This document shows, piece after piece, positions 57,920-64,000 of a DNA stretch of 64,000 nt (position 1 is the stretch's first letter; the number at the start of each line of letters is the position of its first letter). The position numbers were made by a program, and so were the translations under genes. The stretch spans positions 16,260 through 80,259 of the forward strand of contig DATIHN010000019.1 of NCBI GenBank assembly GCA_035480635.1, read 5' to 3'. The notes beneath the pieces are model-generated. The model saw only the letters and a program-made list of their open reading frames with translations, was not told where the DNA came from and searched no databases. This DNA comes from Candidatus Saccharimonadales bacterium (GTDB lineage Bacteria; Patescibacteriota; Saccharimonadia; UBA4664; DATIHN01).

Positions 57920-58447
57920 TTAGCGCGCGCCGGCTGCGGTCCAAGTGCCGGTGGTGGCCAACGGAACGTAGGTTTCGGTGGCTGCGCCTTTGCCTTTGGC
58001 GTAGTAAAACAGGTTAGCCTTGCAGGTAGCTGAGCCGCCTCGAGTTAACCATTTAGAGCTGCTGCCGCCTAAGATGAAGCCTGGGAAGCCGCTAATTTGT
58101 TTCTGGTAAGTTTGATTGGCTGATCCGCCTTCACCATAAACTAGATCTGGGCTCAATGCATCGGTTGAGGTGACCATACCATCACCATTAACGTCCTGGA
58201 AACACAGGACTTCGACTCGGGGGTATTTTGCCGTGTTGTCGGTTAGTCTGGGGTAAGTTGATGTAAAGGTGGCTAGACCACCCAAGTAAGGACCTGTTTG
58301 GTCGAGTTTGATACTAGATGAGCCACCACCGGGGGAGGCGGCATGGCCGCTGGCGATGAAATAACCAAGGACAACAGCGCCAATAATAATTAACGCGAGA
58401 CTAAGGGGATTAAGACTTAAATTTTTAAGAGCGGCTTTTTTGGCCAT
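57920..58447 (-). CDS. Membrane-anchored/secreted hypothetical protein
   Basis: N-terminal TM, two Cys, DVNGDG loop. Confidence 0.75.
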   Translation of the reverse strand: MAKKAALKNLSLNPLSLALIIIGAVVLGYFIASGHAASPGGGSSSIKLDQTGPYLGGLATFTSTYPRLTDNTAKYPRVEVLCFQDVNGDGMVTSTDALSPDLVYGEGGSANQTYQKQISGFPGFILGGSSSKWLTRGGSATCKANLFYYAKGKGAATETYVPLATTGTWTAAGAR

Positions 58448-58549
58448 CTATTTATTTTCCCTATCCTATTAATAAAATACTTATGCTAATACTTATACAG
58501 GCAAATCACGGTCCAGTCAATAAACATAACCGCAATCCGGGTGCGAAAA

Positions 58550-58894
58550 TTAGGCTTTTTCGATAGCTTTTAAGCGTACATTCAAAATCTGCTTAATGAG
58601 CTTTTCTGGAATCGGGTTTGCCAAAGTGAAACGAATCGTGCCCTTGGATAAATCATAAGCTTTTAGTTGATCTTTCAGTGCTTCAATCGGAGCGGCGCCG
58701 GGGAAAAGGCTCAGATGATCTTTCATCGCCGCAAAGCTAACCAAGTATTTGCCGCGGTACTTAAAGCCGGGCATACCGTAGGTCATGACTTCGTCGGCTT
58801 CGGGTACGGTTTGGTGAACGATACGGCGAATCCGCTCGAGTTCCGCTCGCTCAGCCTCCGGCACCTTTTCTAATAATTCATCGATAACGGACAT
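58550..58894 (-). CDS. DUF1801 (YdhG-like) protein
   Basis: YGMPGF, HLSLFP, SKGTIRF. Confidence 0.88.
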   Translation of the reverse strand: MSVIDELLEKVPEAERAELERIRRIVHQTVPEADEVMTYGMPGFKYRGKYLVSFAAMKDHLSLFPGAAPIEALKDQLKAYDLSKGTIRFTLANPIPEKLIKQILNVRLKAIEKA

Positions 58895-58958
58895 GGCATG
58901 ATTATACCAGAGCGCTTCTGGTTAAAATGGCCTAAATATGTTATATTTTGCCAGTTAA

Positions 58959-59035
58959 GCGCCCTTAGCTCAGCGGATTAGAGCGTCTGGCTTCGGACCA
59001 GAAGGTCGGGGGTTCGAATCCCTCAGGGCGCGCCA
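58959..59035 (+). tRNA. tRNA-Arg (TCG)
   Basis: GCGCCCT...AGGGCGC-G-CCA; loop CTTCGGA. Confidence 0.93.
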
Positions 59036-59051
59036 TTTAAAGGATTTTGCC

Positions 59052-59702
59052 GTGCGGATAATTTGTCCTTATACAGCCAATCGGCTCAGACAGCAAACTC
59101 GAAGTGCTCTGCCGCTTACGGCTGAGTTTGTAGAAATGACAGCCTTCGATAGCTATCAACAGCTGCTGCTTTCACTTTGGCAGCGCAGCGATTCATTTAT
59201 TATCATCGAACATGATGTGGTGCCATATCCGTCTATATTTGCAGAACTTTCGGCCTGCAAACGGGAATGGTGTTCTAGTCCCTACGGATCAGGTGCGGCT
59301 TCACTAGGTTGCGTCAAAATAACTAAATCGCTGATTTCTAAACTGCCTGGCTTATGGGAGAAAATGCCGCTGCGGCACTGGCAATACTGTGATAGCTGGT
59401 TTAATGAAAACGCCGAAAGAGTTTCGTCGGTACACTATCACCAACCAGTTTTGGCCCATTTGCACGCTGATAACCCGATCACTGCCAAAGGGCCGCTAAT
59501 TACTCGCGTCCGACGCCAAAATGATCAAGAGGTTGAGGTAGCTTTTTATGACCCCAAGATTGAGTACGAATTTGCTTCGATGACGCTACCCCGGACCAAA
59601 TTGTCTAACGAACAGATTGAAGATCGCGTCGCGAGCGAACTAAATAAACTAAACCAACTCTACTTCCTAACGGCCAACGACAATTCCGGGCCGGCAACCT
59701 AA
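59052..59702 (+). CDS. Hypothetical protein, possible minimal GT-A glycosyltransferase fold
   Basis: IICPY start, FIIIEHDVV (DxD-like), SLGCVKI. Confidence 0.5.
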   Translation: MRIICPYTANRLRQQTRSALPLTAEFVEMTAFDSYQQLLLSLWQRSDSFIIIEHDVVPYPSIFAELSACKREWCSSPYGSGAASLGCVKITKSLISKLPGLWEKMPLRHWQYCDSWFNENAERVSSVHYHQPVLAHLHADNPITAKGPLITRVRRQNDQEVEVAFYDPKIEYEFASMTLPRTKLSNEQIEDRVASELNKLNQLYFLTANDNSGPAT

Positions 59703-59778
59703 GGATATTATGCTAGACTTTTTTTGAGGGGTGTTTTATAGTTTTTAGTCGCATCAAGCCGATAAAACGCTTTGACGT

Positions 59779-59854
59779 GGGCCGTTAGCTCAATTGGCAG
59801 AGCAGTTGCCTCTTAAGCAATTGGTTGAGGGTTCGAGTCCCTCACGGCCCCCCA
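59779..59854 (+). tRNA. tRNA-Lys (CTT)
   Basis: GGGCCGT...ACGGCCC-C-CCA; loop CTCTTAA. Confidence 0.94.
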
Positions 59855-59860
59855 GATGAT

Positions 59861-60604
59861 ATGAAAAAGACAAAACGAACATCTGCAATTATTGCGACGT
59901 TGGCTGGCATCTTTGCCTTGCGAACCCTGAAGCTAGCCTACCAGCGCTCAAGGTTTGGCCACATGATCGAAAACGTCCTGGGTGGCTCCGATCAAACCGT
60001 CAAATTGAATCAAGACCTAGCTGATTCATTGCCCAAGACTAGTTTGAGTTTCCGCGGTAAGCCAGCCGATCCGATCAACCTAATGATTTTAGGTAGTACT
60101 AGCCACATCGAAGGTGCCTTTAATAGAGCCGGCTGGCAGCAGGCGGTACCGGTGAGTGCCTCCAACTGGTTCAAAGCATTTTGGTCCGGCTTGCTCAATC
60201 AACGCTATGCCGATGGCCCGATGACGCCATTTTATATTGCAACCACCCCGAATGATCTGCAGTTCCAAAAAGAATCGCCTAGCCAAGGTTTCCGTCAGCG
60301 TCATCACATTCGGCTCTGGCAAACTAACATGCGCTTGGTCGGCGGCACCGAAATTTGGTTGGCCACGGCCAGCTTTGATAAATCGCTGCGTTTTTACCGG
60401 GGCTTAGGCATGCCCTATCATCACATCGATCCAGACTTGGATGCCGAACGAGATTTTATCACTAGCGAGCTCGTGGCGGCTGGGGGCAAAGAGAGAGCTC
60501 GTTTTGCGATGACTGATAAATTGGATGGCCGTAACGTCTTCCACGACAAATACTTTACCGATGGCAAGATAGTCGTAGTTGATGTCGAGCAGGCTGCAGC
60601 GTGA
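59861..60604 (+). CDS. LssY C-terminal domain protein
   Basis: DPINL, AGW, RHHIRLW, ASFD, HHIDPDLDAERD. Confidence 0.8.
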   Translation: MKKTKRTSAIIATLAGIFALRTLKLAYQRSRFGHMIENVLGGSDQTVKLNQDLADSLPKTSLSFRGKPADPINLMILGSTSHIEGAFNRAGWQQAVPVSASNWFKAFWSGLLNQRYADGPMTPFYIATTPNDLQFQKESPSQGFRQRHHIRLWQTNMRLVGGTEIWLATASFDKSLRFYRGLGMPYHHIDPDLDAERDFITSELVAAGGKERARFAMTDKLDGRNVFHDKYFTDGKIVVVDVEQAAA

Positions 60605-61386
60605 AGCTGACCACCAGCGATCTAGATACCTACGTCAAAGAACGCCACCGGCGGCAAATCCAGTCTTTAGCAATTAAACCAATTTTGGCCGTAGCTATGG
60701 CCGGTGCAGATGCGGCTAGTGCCAGCTTTGTCCGGGCTAAAGAACACTATGGAGACGATATTGGTGTAACACTGCAAATCAAATCAACTCAAAAGCCGGT
60801 TGAATTAATGAAGCAAATTGAGACTTGGAACCAGCAAAAAGACATTTCTGGCATTATTATCCAATTACCCTTGCCCAGCGCCTTTGATACTGAAGCGGCC
60901 ATTAAGTTAATCGCCGCCGCCAAAGACGTTGATGGGCTGAAGGCAGATAGCCCTTTTGATTCTCCTGCCGCCAAAGGGATTATGTGGTTGTTGGGCTCGT
61001 TGCCAATCTCGATCAAGTCTGCTTATGTCGCCGTGGTCGGTCAAGGCCGTTTGGTCGGTGCACCGATTAGTACCATGCTGGAGTCGAGCGGAGCCAAGGT
61101 TGAGCGCCTAGACGATGCTACTAAAAATCTAGCGGCCAAAACTAGAGCCTGCGATATTATTATCTCTGCCACCGGTCAGCCTGGATTAATAAATCGCTCG
61201 ATGCTAAAAAGTGGCGTAATTGTTATTGATGCCGGTACGGCTGAGGCTAGCGGTAGCATCACTGGGGATGCCGACCCAGCCCTTTATGACGATCCGGATA
61301 TCCAAGTTACCCCAGTACCTGGCGGGGTTGGACCGCTGACGGTGGCGGCTCTGTTTGATAATTTATTGATTGCCAGCCAGCTTTAA
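60601..61386 (+). CDS. folD: Methylenetetrahydrofolate dehydrogenase/cyclohydrolase FolD
   Basis: GIIIQLPLP, KDVDG, IDAG, TPVPGGVGPLT. Confidence 0.92.
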   Translation: MKLTTSDLDTYVKERHRRQIQSLAIKPILAVAMAGADAASASFVRAKEHYGDDIGVTLQIKSTQKPVELMKQIETWNQQKDISGIIIQLPLPSAFDTEAAIKLIAAAKDVDGLKADSPFDSPAAKGIMWLLGSLPISIKSAYVAVVGQGRLVGAPISTMLESSGAKVERLDDATKNLAAKTRACDIIISATGQPGLINRSMLKSGVIVIDAGTAEASGSITGDADPALYDDPDIQVTPVPGGVGPLTVAALFDNLLIASQL

Positions 61387-61794
61387 ACAATCTGGGCAGA
61401 GACCGCTGATTTCAACGTGGTGCTCCAGCGGCCGAAAGCCCGCCACTTCAGCCACGCCAGCCAGTTGATATTCCAAGTTTGGGCTATGAATAACCTGGCT
61501 ATAACCACAGCGGCTGCAAACCAAATGATGATGATGGGGCGAAAAGTCCTCGCCCAATTCTAGCCAGTCACCGCCCGGGCGATGGACGGTTTTGATGATA
61601 CCAAGGTGGTTAAAGAGCTTAATAGTCCGATAAATACTGGCTCGATCGGCCCAGTTACCACTCAGAGCCACAATTTGATGGATTTGGACCGGTTCAGCCG
61701 CATTAACCAGAAAATCCAGTACCAACTTGCGGGGTTGGGTCAGGCGTAGTCCCCGCGAAAGTAACAATTTTTGCAATTTTTGACTAGGATCCAT
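61363..61794 (-). CDS. Fur/Zur family transcriptional regulator
   Basis: RLTQPR, ASIYRT, HHHHLVCSRC, GLCPDC. Confidence 0.93.
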   Translation of the reverse strand: MDPSQKLQKLLLSRGLRLTQPRKLVLDFLVNAAEPVQIHQIVALSGNWADRASIYRTIKLFNHLGIIKTVHRPGGDWLELGEDFSPHHHHLVCSRCGYSQVIHSPNLEYQLAGVAEVAGFRPLEHHVEISGLCPDCLKLAGNQ

Positions 61795-61804
61795 TGCAAT
61801 AAGT

Positions 61805-61837
61805 ATAGGCTATTGCGACTAAGTTGCAATAGCCTAT
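61805..61837. promoter_or_regulatory. Inverted repeat, candidate Fur/Zur operator
   Basis: ATAGGCTATTGCGACT-A-AGTTGCAATAGCCTAT between divergent regulator and ZIP genes. Confidence 0.7.
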
Positions 61838-61882
61838 GATGTATGCTAGGTTTGTGACCATGAAATCATCTGGAATTCGACC

Positions 61883-62608
61883 TTGCTAGTAGTCTTGTTG
61901 GCCTTTGCCACCTTTATTTCAACCATGTTGGGTGGCTATACGGCCCTTAAAAATCAGGATCGCCTGCACCGAATCTTGGGCTTTACGGCCGGGGTTTTAT
62001 TAGGGGTGGTAGCTTTTGATCTGTTGCCGGAAATATTTAAATTGGTCGGTTCAACCGGTACTAATGAAACGGTGCCAATGGTGGCGCTAGTTATCGGCTT
62101 TTTGGGCTTTCATGTCGTCGAAAAATTTATCATTATGCATCATGCCCACGACGAGGAATATGAGCACAATGTTCATCCCCACGTCGGAGTGGCTTCAGCC
62201 AGCGCTTTGATTGGTCATAGTTTTTTGGATGGTGTTGGCATTGGGTTGGCTTTTCAGGTCAGTACGGCTGTGGGCCTATCAGTGGCCATTGCCGTGATTG
62301 CTCACGACTTTGCTGATGGCCTTAATACCGTTAGCGTCATGCTCAGGCATAAGAACAGCCAGGTCCAGGCCCGACGCTTTCTACTGGCCGATGCCATAGC
62401 CCCGGTTTTGGGAGCTGCTTCAACTTTGGTTTTTCATCTGTCCGACCCACTCCTGTTGATTTACCTAGGCGCCTTCACTGGCTTTTTACTCTACGTTGGG
62501 GCTTCCGATATTTTGCCCGAAGCCCATGCCAAACATTCGTCCATCGGTACGGTTGGCCTGACGGTCCTTGGAACGCTGTTCATTTTTATAGTCACGCGTT
62601 TTACCTAG
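61883..62608 (+). CDS. ZIP family metal transporter
   Basis: HSFLDG, AHDFADG, DILPEAH, His-rich loop. Confidence 0.92.
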   Translation: MLVVLLAFATFISTMLGGYTALKNQDRLHRILGFTAGVLLGVVAFDLLPEIFKLVGSTGTNETVPMVALVIGFLGFHVVEKFIIMHHAHDEEYEHNVHPHVGVASASALIGHSFLDGVGIGLAFQVSTAVGLSVAIAVIAHDFADGLNTVSVMLRHKNSQVQARRFLLADAIAPVLGAASTLVFHLSDPLLLIYLGAFTGFLLYVGASDILPEAHAKHSSIGTVGLTVLGTLFIFIVTRFT

Positions 62609-62682
62609 ACATTTAGCCAAAATTAGGTTAAAATGATCGAGTTCATTCCCATTCGGGACCCCAGAGTGTTAGGTGGTTCGCG

Positions 62683-63306
62683 TTGTCCGAACAAGGTCAT
62701 TCTCATGTGGCCCAGTTCGGCTGGGCCACTTTAGGACTATCGCTCTTTGCAGTATTCGAATTTGCGGCAGGCTTCATCAGCCACAACCCGGCCATGGTGG
62801 CCGACGCTGGCCACAACCTCTCAGACAGTGTTTTGACTGGTGCCGGTGGCGTCGTCGAATTCATCACCGGTCGGGCCAAAAGCCACACAGCTAGGTGCAC
62901 GGTTCCAAAGCTGGTCGGCGTTGGCGTTTGCTTGCTGACTATAGTACTGGTCGGCATCTTCACCTTTGCCGAAGCTGGCCGAATGACCAGCCTACTAAAT
63001 CCCTGGTTGATTGTGCCGGTTGGATTGGCCAGCTTTCTGCTCAATCGCTTCTATAGCCAGCGGCTGCATCATGAGCATAATCGGCACGCCAGAGCCTGGT
63101 CCAAGCACCTGGAGGTCGATGCATACTTGTCGCTAGCGTTGATCCCCGGCGGTCTACTGACGTACTGGACTGGCAGCGTTGGCTGGAACATCGCTGCCGC
63201 GTTTGGCATTTTCGGCTTCGCAGCCTGGCACAACGGCAAGGAGGCCATTGGGACAATTAGGTCGGTCCATCGCCAAGCCAACCACGAGCCTGACCATTCG
63301 CACTAA
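62683..63306 (+). CDS. Cation diffusion facilitator (TM domain only)
   Basis: ADAGHNLSD and HLEVD metal sites; His-rich termini. Confidence 0.78.
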   Translation: MSEQGHSHVAQFGWATLGLSLFAVFEFAAGFISHNPAMVADAGHNLSDSVLTGAGGVVEFITGRAKSHTARCTVPKLVGVGVCLLTIVLVGIFTFAEAGRMTSLLNPWLIVPVGLASFLLNRFYSQRLHHEHNRHARAWSKHLEVDAYLSLALIPGGLLTYWTGSVGWNIAAAFGIFGFAAWHNGKEAIGTIRSVHRQANHEPDHSH

Positions 63307-63334
63307 TCCTGCGGATGGCCGGGCTCGGAAACTT

Positions 63335-63715
63335 TTAAGCTAATAATTTCTTTATTTTTTCGGAGACTTCTTTGGGCGTCATATCGGCTTTAACGATATA
63401 GTCGGAGGCCTTCATTTTATAAACTTTACTGGCGGTTTCGGCATCACCCATATTAGTCAACACCACAACTTTGAGGTCTTTCATTTTAGGGTCTTTGCGG
63501 ATGTGACCAAGTACATCCAACCCATTCATGCCTGGCATCATAAGATCGAGCAGCACAATATCGGGGTTAAATTCTTGAATCAACTTGAGCCCAACCATGC
63601 CATCACCGGCCGTTTTAACGGTGTAGCCCTCTTGCTCAAACTTCAGCCGATACATTTGAACGATCGCCAAATCATCTTCAATGATCGCAACCTTCGGATT
63701 AGTCTTCTCAGCCAT
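63335..63715 (-). CDS. Single-domain response regulator
   Basis: IIEDD, LLDLMMP, VLTN, YIVK. Confidence 0.93.
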   Translation of the reverse strand: MAEKTNPKVAIIEDDLAIVQMYRLKFEQEGYTVKTAGDGMVGLKLIQEFNPDIVLLDLMMPGMNGLDVLGHIRKDPKMKDLKVVVLTNMGDAETASKVYKMKASDYIVKADMTPKEVSEKIKKLLA

Positions 63716-63753
63716 AGGATAACTTTAATGCTTTAAGATAGGTGAAGCAACGT

Positions 63754-63999
63754 CTACTTCTTAAAAGGGTTGAACTTGCGATCCCAGGGGCTCGACTTGT
63801 AAACTGCGCAAACGAGTGCACTAACTGGTTCTTGTGTGCAGGTGATCCCAACTATTTCCATTGTTATCTCACCAAAAGTTTCGTCTTTACGTCCATCCAT
63901 AAGTGACTCAAGAGTAGCTCGAATATCGCGTTCTACAGTCTTTTTATTGCTCCCGACGTGTTCAACAAAAAGACCCTTTCTATTCTCTTCATTTTGCAC
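63754..63999 (-). CDS. Hypothetical protein (may extend beyond window)
   Basis: Open frame to window edge. Confidence 0.45.
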   Translation of the reverse strand: MQNEENRKGLFVEHVGSNKKTVERDIRATLESLMDGRKDETFGEITMEIVGITCTQEPVSALVCAVYKSSPWDRKFNPFKK

Positions 64000-64000
64000 C

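Noticed and set aside
1-64000. CRISPR array, prophage, rRNA or DGR
   Set aside because: No regularly spaced repeats, cas, phage structural, rRNA or reverse-transcriptase sequence seen

Overview
Core chromosome segment of a small-genome bacterium using code 11. The gene content (short TsaB, MBL-less ComEC, pilB/C/M/N/O, many orphan ORFs) points to Patescibacteria/CPR, probably Saccharibacteria-like; this is an inference. It carries lepA, pyrG, a CIRCE-controlled hrcA-grpE-dnaK-dnaJ operon, comEC-yebC-ruvCAB, a type IV pilus cluster, tsaE/tsaB, rny, HU, a DEAD-box helicase, xth, murA/murB, NDH-2, a dockerin-bearing S8 protease, an RND protein, a Fur-ZIP-CDF metal locus and 9 tRNA genes. I found no CRISPR array, integrase, transposase or reverse transcriptase. 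Two non-coding systems stand out. (1) Two diverged copies of a ~330-nt structured intergenic element (about 10591-10942 and 21919-22269) have compensatory stem changes. Their long-range arms are swapped: the 5' end of copy A is a 42/43 inverted match to the 3' end of copy B, and the reverse holds more weakly. This is the pattern expected if the 11,330-bp segment between them had been integrated by one crossover, or if the two RNAs pair in trans. (2) Three tRNA genes (Lys, His, Arg) are each followed by a 100-170 nt ORF-less mini-element. Each ends in a duplicate of that tRNA's 3' end and carries an inverted, tRNA-matched T-arm mimic with the same TC->GA change.
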